In this document: positions 13,591 through 26,270 of the stretch, piece after piece
How the letters are laid out: the number at the start of each line of letters is the position of its first letter
Position numbering within the stretch: position 1 is the first letter of the stretch
Program-made: the position numbers and the translations under genes
Assembly (NCBI GenBank): GCA_028534125.1
Contig: CM052816.1
Coordinates: 39,868,001 to 39,932,000, forward strand
Source of the DNA: Lama glama
Taxonomy: Eukaryota
Direction: 5' to 3'
DNA: 64,000 nt
The notes under the pieces: generated by a model
What the model saw: only the letters and a program-made list of their open reading frames with translations
Told to the model about the DNA's origin: nothing
Databases searched by the model: none

Positions 13591-14145
13591 TATCGATACA
13601 ACCAATATTTTGACAAGAAAGACTGTGATCACTTTGAACTTGTTTCTCAAAATTTCCAGATTTCCTGTCACCGAATCTGAACTCTCCAATCATGACAGTC
13701 AATAGCGTCTATTTTTTAATTTTTACATATGTAAAATCCACTTTGACTTCTTACTACTTGCTTACAACATACCTCCCCTGGCAATGGGATCCCAATGCTC
13801 TTTGCTTGTATGTATCTTAGTTATTCCTCAGGACTCTACTGCCACAACCCCACTGCCCTCACATCCTTCATGATTATCTCCCTCTGCTCTCTCTGCTATT
13901 GTCAGTAACTCGAATTTCACAATTCACATAGAGATATTTGTGATTGTATGGATCTGTGTACAATCCCCTTAAGTAGATTAGATGACTGTATGTTCCTTCT
14001 TTAAAGGAACACTGCCTTTATTTTGTGCTCTCACTGATTTCTATGTCTATTACATCTCTAATACCAATTAATACCTGCTATGATATATGATCAAAAAGCT
14101 ATGTTAACCTAAGAAAGTTCGTCTTGAATTACTGACCATGTAATG

Positions 14146-14289
14146 TTGCCAGGTTCTCTGAACAACTAAACTCTTCCAGGATTTCCCATATTTCCTGTAT
14201 ATCAATGTTGTTTAAAGTTTTTGCCAGGTTCCCTGAATAACTAAACTCTTCCAGGATTTCCCGTATTTCCTGTATATCAATATCGTTTA
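14146..14289. repeat. Tandem duplication, 75-bp period, ~1.9 copies
   Basis: Unit starts ttgccaggtt at 14146 and 14221; 5 mismatches over 69 aligned bases. Confidence 0.95.
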
Positions 14290-16184
14290 TGGGAGTCAAA
14301 TATATTTGAATCAAATATTGGCATACAAATCATGATGGTAGTTGTCAGTCATGACTCTAATATGGTCAATAATTAACATTAAAATTATGCTACTCTATAG
14401 AAACTCTTGTATTATGAGTTACATGTGAGATTTTAAAGTAATTTATTAAAATCATTCATGATAGAAATCAATTGTATTATCAAGTGAATAAAAATATCAC
14501 CTTACAGTATGGATATATGTTTGTACTTCTTGAGGTGTCATTTTTATTTATCACTATTTTAAAATAACTACGATTGGAAAGGATTTATATAAAACTCCCG
14601 TGGACTTTAAGAATATGAATCAGACTGGACAAGTAATGAACGCCGTATGGCTTTTTTCCTTTGCTCTGAATGAGAAGCCAGGTGAGAAATTCAGAGTTTT
14701 TCAGTTGACTCTTGATGATCATAAATGTGTACATGAGAAAAAAACTTATTAAGAATGAAGAACAGTAAGGGAGACAAAGAACAGCTTCTTGGTGTGCACA
14801 CTGCATTTCTCTTCTAGCCATATGACCAGAGGTGACTTGACCTAGCTTTTCTAGACAGGTCTCCCCCTAACACCCATTCTCATCCAGCCCTTTTATCAGT
14901 GTTCAACTCTGGGAATTCTTTTTAAGATTCTGCACAGAAATGCCTTTAGTGATGCCACATGATTGTTTCCTTGAACTCTGTGTAAAGCAGTGATCATTAC
15001 AATATTCAAGGAGATCCTAACAATGAGAGCTGTGTCAGGAATAAGGGACACATTTCCATAGATGCAATGTATCTATTTTATGTCCATTTGGTGCCAGTTT
15101 CCTGATGCATACTCTAAATGGTTTTGTCACTGTCCTGATGCTCAACATACCTATTCTCAAAAAGCAGAAATAGAACAATGAGTATGTTATGCAGTGGTCT
15201 GACCTCCACTTCTTAGAATGGATAGTTTATGACTAATAAATAACTCCCACCCTGCTGCCTAAACACAAAAGCTTTCAAGGGCACCAACATTTAATTGGAC
15301 ATCATCTATTGTAAGTATTCTGTGGCCACCTGAATCTTATTTCTGTTATTATTCAGAAGAAAATGGTTTCAAAAACGTTAGAACATTCATTTGGGTCACA
15401 ATTAAATGTTCAGCAGCAATATCCAGAAGGTAAATTGTCACTTAAATTATATAGGATCACACTTTTCCATGTCTAGAATTTGAAGAATTTTATCATTTGA
15501 AATTGAAGTTTTTACTTTTATTTTGAGTTGCTTGCAGGACAAAGAAATTTTCTTGGTAGTGTTTTTAGGCATTATTTTTTCTGCTAATTTGAAAGAAGAC
15601 ATTCTGAGAATTAAAACATTATTTTTAATAAGTAAGCAGTTGGATTTTGAAATTTTGTCAAACAGTAGGGTCTTTTTAGCTAATAAAGACAATAATAATT
15701 TTTATTCAGAGAAAAATCCTATTTTTTGTGCTATCAGAACAATAACAAAAACATGTAAGAAATCTCAGTAGTAAAATCACCCTATTTATTTGACTTACAG
15801 GATTCATTGAGCTTTATGTAAAATGAATCCTTTCCAAATTGTTCTTCATAATGAGAAATGTGATTTGGAATATATAAATTGTTTGAAGTAAATTACCATT
15901 TTAACTCTCCAGAGACATTTTATTTGTCATTAATTTCTTTACCTTTGACTTCCTTCTGTGCTATCTAAACTGCTGTAACCTCACTGAAAGTGGACTGCCC
16001 CAAACAGTAATGAATTTCTTTGGAGCCACATTTTATGAAATATGCTCTTTACCTGGTGATTCAATCAATACAGTCCTAATGTATATATAAAGTGGAGTTC
16101 ATGCTGTCTAAACATCTGTCTGTGAAAATGAATAGACCAAGTATGTTATATTAATTAAGCATCTGCCCTCAGGGAGCCTCGGTC

Positions 16185-16335
16185 TTAGTCCAGAAATGCA
16201 AACTCTGACTGTTGAGTTGTAGCAAGTTACTTAATTTCCCAGAGTTTTGTATTTCTTATCTATTAAATGGTTGTAAATTATTAAGTAAGATTATGCCTCA
16301 GAACTTAGAAGCAATGTATAAATTGACTTATTATT
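16185..16335 (+). mobile_element. MIR SINE remnant
   Basis: gcaagttacttaatttcccagagttttgtatttcttatctattaaatgg resembles the MIR core. Confidence 0.5.
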
Positions 16336-16449
16336 ATTTTCTGTAGGTAAATTTGTTTAAAAAAATACATGCATGTGCTGCAGCTCTCCATCTCTCAGGA
16401 GATGGGATTAGCAGTGAACTGTTTTCATTTTAGCTGTTTCCATCATCGT

Positions 16450-16548
16450 TAACTCTGTAAGGGAAGGGATCCTCAGTCTTGTTCACTGTGATATCCCCAA
16501 GGAGCAAGTGCTCAATAAATACTTATCAGGTAGATGAATAAATGAGTT
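16450..16548 (+). mobile_element. L2 3' end
   Basis: aactctgtaagggaaggga...tcttgttcactgtgatatcccca...gtgctcaataaatact...atgaataaatga is the L2 terminus. Confidence 0.7.
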
Positions 16549-18246
16549 AATCAACTAAAAAGATACTCTCAAAGTATATAATCACTTTAATGAAATGTGC
16601 ATTAAATGGAGGACTTTACTGAGTCTTTTGAAACACTGAGATAAAGTTGGAGGTTTTTGCCTAAGCACAGTTGTTCATAATGAAGAAATTATATATATAT
16701 ATAATCTCCACAGAATGAATAAAAAGGGAGTAACTCCTAAGGTACATTTGCTTTATCATGTGATATAGAAGTAGAGACTGGAAATATGAGGACTTTCTGC
16801 CTTTAGTTCCTTTATCCTTCACAGTGCAACTAATTAATCTCCATCAATAGGTTTTTAACTCCTTTCTAGGGTCTGAGACCAGATCTGATCCTATGCCAGC
16901 ATCATTTAGGCAGCCCTAAGTTACCTTGTAAATCTGAAATCACTACTGGCTTGATCATAGCACCTAATTTTTCCCAGAAACCCCAGTTCTTTAAGAACTT
17001 GACTACTACTGGAGGAATGATAATTAAGATAACAAATACTCCATTTACAAGGGGGCAGATATACCAAGAAGAAAGATAGTCTTATGATAATAAGAACAGA
17101 ATTTTATTATAGGGAAAAGGGGCAGGAAGAGGAAGGTCAAAATAAAAATTTTGTTCAAGACTGCAGAATGCCTGTAAAACAAAGCGGGATGTCTACGTTT
17201 TCTTTAATGCCCTCTTGTGAACTGCATTCCCTATCTGATGTCCACTCCCATCTGGAGACCTGATTGTTTTGAGAACTGCATCCATATCTCACTGAAAATT
17301 ATTTAGTTACTATAGATATATAAATACTTTATATATACTTGAAGCTGTCTATTAACTGCCTGCTTTTTGGTTATGCACTAACTACCTATATTATCTTTAT
17401 GCTGGGACCACATTCCATTTTCCCCCCTTTTAAGAATTCTGTAGTCTTAACTTTTCCTTCTTCCAGAAAGTCGGTTCACATGTAACTTTAGATTTTTAAT
17501 CTGGAATACCTCTCTCGTGATAGTGAGGTTATTAGCATTGCTCCCATGTTCAGACTTATATCTTTGATAGAACTCATTTGAATATTTGATCTTGTACCTA
17601 TTAACCAGGATAAAGTAATTAGGAGGAAAAAAATATATTTTAAAGGGTTTAAAAATGAATACCTAAGTATAAGAGATGGTTCAAAAAAAGACTTAGAATT
17701 TGACAATTAATTTCACATGGGTGCTAAAGTACCTACAAGTGTCAAATATGTTAGGAATCAGCATTCAATAATTTGAAGGAAGGCACTATTAAAAGTAGGA
17801 AAAGCAGAAAACCCACATTCCTCTGAAATTATCAAATGTGACTTTGTACATTTTTCAAATAAATGATAACTATGTCTGACCTGCTATGTCTAAAGTGTTT
17901 TGTAGAAAGGAGGAGAGTCAAATGTAGACCATGTTGTCTTTGAGGGGAGGCTTGCCTGTTGTTGCAAGCCTTTCCATAGAAGGAAGGGGACCTTCCCTCT
18001 TTTCCCTAGGGCAATGCAGGATGGAAGTGATCATTTTCCTTTCTTCCCTGTACCCTCACTTGCTCCTCTCTTTGAGAAGCTATGATTTTCTCAGGGGAGA
18101 AATTAGGATGAGATGTCAGGATAAGAGCCAGACACTCATTAGGCCATATTAATCAATGGAAGATTTCCCGCACATCAAACAAACAAATGCACACACAGAG
18201 CAACAACAACAACAAGAGCTGTTCTGCTCATCTCTGTTCTTCCAGG

Positions 18247-18475
18247 CAGGACTAAAATGTCCATTAAGAATGGTAGGTACATTGTCTAGGGCATACAGTA
18301 CTTTTAGGGGCCCACACAAATGTTTTAACTTCTTTTAAAATTAGAAGAAAATAATAAACTTTTAAGCTGAAGGAAATGTTTTAACACACAATACAGCGTA
18401 TTTATACCAACTCAATCACGTGTTGCAGTGAAGGCAGAACTGACCAGGGCCCATGGAAGGTGCAGTGCAGCCCTG
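18247..18475. mobile_element. hAT-Tip100 non-autonomous DNA transposon (Zaphod/MER115-like)
   Basis: Termini caggact...agccctg. Internal ggtacattgtctagggc and acttttaggggcccac motifs. Flanks cttccagg / atgccagg are a 6/8 match, consistent with a decayed 8-bp TSD. Confidence 0.6.
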
Positions 18476-20090
18476 ATGCCAGGTCTGTGAAGCAGACCAA
18501 GATTGTGCAGGTACCCAGGTGGGTAAATTCCTAACCCCACAAATCCAATGGCAAGTGTTAAAGTTTAGATTCAGGAGTAAGCAGTAGACAGTTTCATTTT
18601 GGCTTCAAGTCCTAGCCATTACTTCTAACAGAATATGTCAAAATCCTTGTATCTGCAAGTTTATAGATACAATATGGCCACTAATAAAATTGGCTCTATT
18701 CTTTGACCCTTTTCTAGCTTGCTGTGAACATAAGCCTGAAGAGAGAATTGGTAAATTATTAAGTCCCACAAACTTTTACAGTCACCATGATTTGGTGATG
18801 GTAAATTCCTAAGCCAGTGCAGCCAGTGATTAAACATAATAGTGTGACATTAAATGTATGACCAGTTCAGGGATTTACATTCAGTGTGAATGCATTCTAG
18901 ATCTAATTCTTCCTTCTTCTAGGAACCAGGATAAACCAGAGTAAATCTGTGATACAATGTCCCCCTCTCTCTTCCCCACATCACTCCTCACATGTATGTG
19001 CAAACCTATAGTGTGAGATTAGAATAGAGAGACGAAACTCAGGAGCAGCAAGCAGAAGAGAAGACTGATGAAAGACAAATTAAAAGCTGCAGGTTAACCC
19101 AAAGACAATTAAATTATTTCTTTCACAATAGACAGAAAGTGGCATGTGTTCAACATGGTAATTAAGAGAAGAAGTGTTGTCTTAAAAATACAATTGATTC
19201 AAAAATAAGATAACTAAGAATGTAAAGTCTGATTGCACACAAGATTTCTTAAATAATTCTGTGCTTAATAATAATGGTCCTGTAAAAACTAATTCTTGCC
19301 TAGACTTGTGTGTAACAAGAACTCAGAACCAAAAGAAAAGGCAGAGAAACATTATCTAAATGGCACAAGAAGAGAAATCTAGACCAGAGAAACAATACTC
19401 CTAACCAAGTCTGGCTGAGTGCCTAAAAACGTGAAAATAGAAATTAATGTGAAAACCACTAAAGAATACTTGAAGTCTGTGATATAATTATTATGCTTAT
19501 TTTACCACTATATTAGAAGACTCAGTAATTTTATACTAATCATTATGCTGTATTTGTGAAATTCAAAATTAAATAATATGACAAGCCGAAGTTTGAGTCA
19601 CAGAATGTTGCCAATTACAAAGAAAATATAAAGGAAATGAAGATCTCAGTTTAGCAGTCCTTTAAGAATAATTTAAAATAGGGAATAAATGTATCCCTTT
19701 TTGATTTGTTCCTTCAGTTTCCAATTAGAAAATGTATGATGTAAGCTATTATAAATGACCATAACACACACACACACAATAAAACAAGCTTCATGTGACT
19801 TAGTCAGCACATGTATCTATGCATAGGAGCAGATGGCCTTTGGCCTTTGGGGTCAGTGACTAATTCCTACATTGTAATTAACCACTGTTGCCCTGGTAAG
19901 GTACCAAGACAGAATCAACATTCAGTAAACACTTGGTAAATAGTTAAATATTGAGTAACTTCCACTGTCTAATATATTCACTAGAGAAATTATTTAATTA
20001 CTACCCAACAATTTTACAAAAAAACTAACCCAAATATTTTGCCTGTGTAACTAGTTGTTTTTTTCCAGGTGCTGTTCTGACACTAATACA

Positions 20091-20269
20091 TAACATGTTG
20101 ACCTGTAAACCATCATCTTTTTGAACTCCAGAGAAATTCTAGTAGTTCGTCATAATCACCATTAGATTTTAGACTTTCTAACATGTTGACCTGTAAACCA
20201 TCATCTTTTTGAACTCCAGAGAAATTCTAGTAGTTCATCATAATCACCATTAGATTTTAGACTTTCTAA
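20091..20269. repeat. Near-perfect tandem duplication, 88-bp unit x2
   Basis: Unit starts taacatgttgacctg at 20091 and 20179; single difference (gttcgtc vs gttcatc). Confidence 0.97.
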
Positions 20270-23143
20270 GTAAATGATTATCTGCAAATGGTGACACTTT
20301 TAATACTTCTTTTTAAAATTCCATGTCTTTGATATATGAGTGAAACCCTAGAGATATCGTTCACGTTTTTAATCATGAAAGATTTGTAGCTTTTTGTGAC
20401 AAATTTTAAGCAAGTGACAGTAGTGTGTTTTGAGCAAGGAACCAGTTTTCCTAACATGTCCAGTTCTGGGCAGGGGGGCAGATCCTCATGACTGGGTGGG
20501 CATGATGTCTGTTTATTTTATTCTTCTTGACATTTTGTTTGTCCTCTTTCATAGTTTTATACTTTTCTTTGATATGTTTTATTTGTGAACTTTAAATTTT
20601 TACTAGTAAACTGTAAGTTCGAGTAGAGTCTGTGCTTTACTTTCCTGTGTATTCCCTGACACCTAGATGACATCAACTATATCGACTATAATATTGTGAG
20701 AATTAAAAAGTACTGAATAAATGTAATGGAGTGCACTTGAGTTGAAATTTAAATTGGTTGAGTTAGAGGCTATGAAACAGTGCGTCATACTAACTAAGGC
20801 CAGATTTTTTTTTGAAATTAGGTTTGTTTCCAAAGCTCCCTCATTATTTCCTTTTCCTAAAGGGCCCTTTGCAAGAAGAGAAGAGGAGCTAGTGAACCAT
20901 CACCAGTCACAGGACAAGCTTCATCATCAGGAAGGACAAGGCTGCTTATTCCCAGGAGCAGGCTGTGGGAACCAATGGTGCTTAACTCATCACTAACTCT
21001 CTGGAATAGACTCCCTTTCCTTGTTCACACATAAGGAGACTCGGGCCACCAATGCTACTGGCACAAGGATTCCTGTAATTGTGAACTTGCTTATTCTCGA
21101 AGCTTTTTCAGTAAAGCCTGTGATTTCATATACTTATTTATTTTCAAGTTCATTTGGTGGCCAAAGCCTCGCTATATGTAGTGGCTCCAACAGTGGCTGG
21201 CAGGAAAATTTGGGGGTTGGAAATAAATGAGATATTTTCCATGCATGAGGGGAAAAGTTTGTTTTCAATTCCAGCAACTCTGCATACTATGCTCTATTTT
21301 ATTTCCACATTCTGTTGAGACCAGAGCATCTGTAGGGCAGTGCACTGGGCTGTGCTCTTTTCAGCCTGACAAACAGCAATTTGGTGCAGTTGGAACTTCT
21401 ATTAAGCTGTGGCATGTTAGGGAGTCCAGGGCTAATAGAATTCTCCTGAATGATTGGCTGAAGCATTTGTGTTAGCTTAATTGTACATTTGCCCTTTGAC
21501 TAAAATTAGGGATTAAAGTCTCCTCCCCGGGAACTGCATTTTAAGTTAGTAAGAAGTTAGACTGCACATTCTAATTAGATCTTTTCTATTTTACACTGCC
21601 GTGGGGTTTTTCCCTTGACAACAACACACAGCTCCATTATGTTCTCTTTTAGAAAAGAGTTTCCCTTCCTGCTTTATGTGAGGCTGTCTTTGTCTTACAG
21701 TAATATTAGCTCACTGGTTGGGATTGGGCAGTGTGTAGGAGGTTGGTTAGCAGCTGAATGTGGGCATCCTGCATAGCACCTTTTACATTCCCTTTTTCGT
21801 CATATCAGCTTTAACACAGCAAGGCTTTGTCCTAACAGAGACAACTTTCTGAGGATCCCAGTGCTGGTCAGATGGCTCATCCATAATGTGGCTCGATGCT
21901 TGATCCAGCCCTGTGGAATACTTCACAATTCTCAGCATCACCTGAAAACATCTTTAATTATAGAATTTATTGGTTTTTTCAAATGCCATTCTTGAACATA
22001 AATATCTGTTACCATAGAAGCTAAGAATATATGATGCAACAACATTAAAAGAACCTAACCCAAAAATCTCAAAATAAAAATGGTCATGACATTCAAAACC
22101 ACAGAATATCATGTTCCTCTACAATGTATATTTTTCTTAGTGAATAATAGAGTGCTGATTGTTGAGGGTTATTTGTGGGAACAGTACTCCTTTCCTCTTT
22201 TTTTGTTCCCTTGTATATTTTTGGTTGATGTTTTTCTTATTCTTTTGGATCCTCTGTAACCTGTTCCCAGAAGAAAAAGGTGAAAACCATATTCTGTATT
22301 GAGTTATGATGTGCATGTTTACCAGCTCCTAGAATCCCGCCAGCTGATCCCTTCCTCTACTTCGTGACTGAGTAGTGAGTCACCTGTATAAGTAACTAAG
22401 AAAATGATGCAGTCTTTTCAAGTTAACCAGGGCTTCATGAATAATGGTTAGGTAAAACAAGGGGAATTATTGCCTTTTGAAGAAAAGACTTTTCAAAATT
22501 TCCAATCTGTAAAATGTGGAGATGAGAAAACTAAGCTCTCAGAGTCCTTCTGAAGCTGGCATTCTGTGAACCTATAATAATTTCTTTCCCTAGAGTGAGA
22601 ATATCTCACTAAGCTTTACTTCTAGGAAACAGGAAGGCAGCAAGCTGTAATCATAGAAGAAAATAATATTTTTGCTTCGTTATTAATTAAATTGAACAGC
22701 TTTTAAAATAGACATTTTTAAAATGCATGGATGCAGCCTATGTCTCATTTACTTTCCAAGGGTTTTCTATGGCAGTTTCTCCTCTGTGAGGAGCAATGTG
22801 AAATGCATCAATGCTGCTAAACCCTCTAAGCCTATTCCCAAATGTAGCGCTTATCTTCCAGCCAGGCTATGGAATCATTTCCCTTTTGTATTATAATAAT
22901 TTATATAGAAACTTTTATCTCTTTGAGTTTTAATAACTTGAGTTTATGACTGATATTCCAGACTCTAAAATAGGATGCATTTTATGGCCTTCAGGAATAG
23001 TTATTATATAACAAGATGAATAACAAAATCAAATACTTGTCATACATTAAAGTCAAACATAGTTAGTTGAAAGTACTTTTACACTCAGAAATCATCAGAA
23101 CTGAAGATAGCACAGCAGTGGAAGTTAAAATTACATTCCTTTA

Positions 23144-23148
<5 letters not shown>

Positions 23149-23179
<31 letters not shown>
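23149..23179. repeat. (TG)n microsatellite
   Basis: Pure TG run. Confidence 0.95.
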
Positions 23180-23180
<1 letters not shown>

Positions 23181-23821
23181 TTTTAGGATGAGTCTCTCCT
23201 GATTCTCCTATTGCCTTTCCTATCAAGGGAATTTGCAGTGTATTGCTAATACACTGATGGAGGTCTCAGAATTTCCAGTTGGTAAAATATTCATGTGATA
23301 TCACCTAGAATTGAAATCTGTCAATCTTCTGATATCCGATTTTGTACAGTGCCTTAAAATCTATCAAGAAACCACCACAACAGGTTGACTGTGACTTACA
23401 GAATAAAAGAAAAATAACGCAACATGTTAAATGCCTTCAGTAATACTACCCATTTTCTTTGGCATTAGTATTTTTCCTTTCAACTGTTAAATGAATGTAA
23501 AACTTCATCCAATCTTTGCTAAATAAATGCAGTCCCAAATAAGTTAAATTATTATAAGAAAAAAATGGCATTTAATTTTTTTTGGTTTTACCTCAAATGT
23601 ATTGATAATTACTCAAATAATATACAAATACTATGTTCTAGTAAGAAAAAATCAAACCTTCTCAATAAAGTGGAAGCTCTGTTGAATCCTTATACAATCA
23701 TATTCTCTTCCTTAGAAAAAAACAACTAATAGAGACAACTTTGTATATGTCCTGACGTTAGTGTAATTATTTACAAGTGCACACACATACCCCTCGACAC
23801 ACACCATCTTCTTTTTTTTAA

Positions 23822-24772
23822 GAGTAGCTCTATAGTTAATTATTAAAATCAGGCAGTATAATTCCTCCAAGTTTGCTTTCCTTTTTTAAAGTTGCTCTGA
23901 CTATTCAATTTTCTTTTCATTTCCACCTGAATGTTTAAATCAGAGATAATCTTTCAAATGCCTGCTGGGATGTGGATTAGAATTCTATTTAATTTATAGA
24001 TCGATTTGGGGATAACTGACATCTAAACAAAATTTGATCTTCTAATCTATAAACACATAATATCTGTCCTTTTTATTTCTCTTTAAACTTCTTTATGCAG
24101 TGTTTTGCAGTTTTCAGTGTGCAGGACTTTTATGTATTTTGTCAGCTTTATCCCTTATTATCTTGTTTTTTGATACTGTTGTCAATGACTTTGTCTGGAT
24201 GACTTCCTTTGACGATTTTGGTAGCACAGATTTGTTGATAATGAATTCTTTCAGGTTTTTATGTCTGAAAAAGTTTTTATTTTGCCTTTAATTTAAAAAT
24301 ATATCTTTGCTGAGGACAGAATGATTTAGTTGGCCTACTTTTTCCTCCCCTACTTTAAAGTATTTGTTTCATTGTTCATGACAAGAAACCTCTGTTGTTG
24401 TTGTTACTGTAGCTCTATTAAACTGTTTATCACTTGTTTTAGGAAATTTATTTATGAAGTGCCTTGATGTGATTTTTTTTATATTTCTTGTGCTTGAGGT
24501 TCTTTGAGCTTCTTGGAAATGTGGTTTTGTAGTTTTCAGCAAATTTCAGAAAAAAATTTAGCCATTATTCAGAATCTTTATTACCAAATTTCACAAACAT
24601 TCAGTCAAGTTTTTTCAATCTTTTTTCTCTGTAATTCATGTTGCATAGTTCCAGTTGCCATGTATAAAAAGTTCACTTATCTTTTCTTCTACCAATCTAT
24701 TCTTATAGAATCTTATGTTGTGTGTTCTAAATTTCAGACATTTCTTTGTCATCTCTAGAACTTCCTTGAAGT
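23822..24772 (-). mobile_element. Old fragmented L1 (L1M-type), probably two pieces joined near 24190
   Basis: T-rich antisense L1 text: cctgctgggatgtggattagaattctatttaatttatagatcgatttggggataactgacatct; gtagcacagatttgttgataatgaattctttcagg. Confidence 0.75.
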
Positions 24773-24773
24773 C

Positions 24774-25336
24774 TTTTTCTTTCTGCAATAGTGGTTTTAA
24801 TAAAGAAAAATATGCTTCTGAGAGAAAACAAGCTCGTTAGTCTGTAGTTCTTTCAACAAAGCAATCTGATATTTAGCTGAGGGGTAAGCATTACAACTGT
24901 GGAGAGCACTTTGTTTTTATTACAGTTCAGTGACCCTTTGTTTCCAAATAATAAGCCCTGTTCTTGTTTCCTTTTGGGAGGGATACATTGACTGAGATCA
25001 GAGGGCAAACTTCGTTTTTTACGAGATGATTTTATTTTGATCTTCATTTTCGTCCTGTCAGGTCAAGCACAGGAGACACCTTCCTTACAAATCTTTTCCC
25101 GCAGACAGCATGTTCACATATAAATGGGTGCTTTTTCTCATGAAAAGAAAGAATATGGCTCTGGAAATTAAACACAACGTGGAGATTTTACCACAGCCTT
25201 TTCTTGAACACTGACATATGATCCTCTATGCGGCATGAAAATATGTTCCTTAAGATAATCTTCTTTGCATTTGAATTTTTCAGCAGACTCCACATATCAT
25301 TTCCTCTTTATGGGTTTCTATCATGCACTTCAGATG
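24774..25336 (-). pseudogene. GTF3A: 5'-truncated processed pseudogene of transcription factor IIIA (end of finger 6, fingers 7-9, C-terminal tail, 3' UTR)
   Basis: Minus strand reads LKCMIETHKEEMICGVC*K / FKCKEDYLKEH / [11 protein letters not shown] / [29 protein letters not shown] / [32 protein letters not shown]...[10 protein letters not shown]. This is collinear with recalled mammalian GTF3A ([92 protein letters not shown]). No introns; stops and frameshifts present. Ancestral TAA at 24873-24875, ATTAAA at 24796-24801, possible short A-rich tail at ~24774-24782. Confidence 0.95.
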
Positions 25337-26270
25337 CTATTGTTCTGGGTGCTGATTTTTGTTAATTTAAATTTTCATTTACTTGCATCCTGCAACCTGA
25401 TGAAAATATTTAATAATTTCCATTGCATTTCTGCATATTCCTTAAGTTTTTCTATATAGACTATCATGTCATCTACAAATGAAGAGAACTTTACTAAAGT
25501 CTGTTTTTTTCAAATTTTTCATTTTCCCCTACTTCTTTTTATTTTCTGGGACCATAGAGAGATATTGGATGGCAGGATATTGTCCTACTGATTAACAAGG
25601 CTTCATTTTCTTTACTCCAGTTTTCTTTGTGTGTTTCATTTTGGATATTTTCTATTATGTTGTCTTCAGTAGTACTAGTCTCTTCTGTAGTGTCTAACCT
25701 GTTGTTATTCCAATCCAGTGTTCTTTTCATTTCATAAATTTTAAAACTGAGGCAGTTCATTTGGGTTTTTCCACATATAATCTATGTCACTCATCATCAT
25801 AGTCATCTTTTCCTCTACTTTCTTGAATGTGGGGAACATGTTTATAAAACTTCCCCCCTGCCCCATGTCTGTGTTTGGTAGCTATTATCTCTACCATTCT
25901 GAGTTCTATTTCTAAAATTGATTTTCTCCTGGTTAAAAGACATTTTTCAGTTTCTTTGCATGCCTGGTAACTTCTGAATGGGTAAATGTGCATTGTGAAT
26001 TTTACATTGTTGGTTCCAGGGTTTTATTGTCTTCTTTTAACTAGTTTGGACATTGTCCTGGTATGCACTTAAATACTTAGTCATCAGTTTAATGGTTTTT
26101 AGGCTTGCCTTTATGAGTTTCTCTAGATATCACAGCCCTTTGCTGAATGTTGTTCAGTGTCTGAAAACTGCTCTTTCATGTATTTTGTACAGCTTTCTGG
26201 TTTTTATTTTAATGTTGGAGGGTAAATCTAGTCTCTTCTATTTCATCATTTCGTAGGGAGAGGTATATAG
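25337..26270 (-). mobile_element. Old L1 fragments (L1M-type)
   Basis: tttttctatatagactatcatgtcatctacaaatga (ORF2 antisense). 25539-25760 translates to an ORF1-like remnant (NNRLDTTEE...EDNIIENIQNETHKE). Confidence 0.75.

Noticed and set aside
14129..14314. ORF with an internal peptide repeat (DIQEI.EILEEFS.S.NLA)
   Set aside because: A by-product of the 75-bp DNA duplication being a multiple of three; non-ATG start and no gene context.
10440..16352. Further YAG|GTAAAT motifs near 10448 and 16346 as recursive splice sites
   Set aside because: Weaker donors, expected by chance in AT-rich DNA; no host transcript known.
20091..20269. Direct repeats here and elsewhere as a CRISPR-like array
   Set aside because: Only two adjacent copies, no unique spacers, no cas genes, mammalian context.
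24853..25047. 64-aa ORF as a functional microprotein
   Set aside because: It is the C-terminal tail of the GTF3A pseudogene; a frameshift bypasses the ancestral stop and there is no promoter evidence.
24755..25350. Target-site duplication around the GTF3A retrocopy
   Set aside because: Flanks show only weak similarity, and the T-run could partly belong to the neighbouring L1; not claimed.
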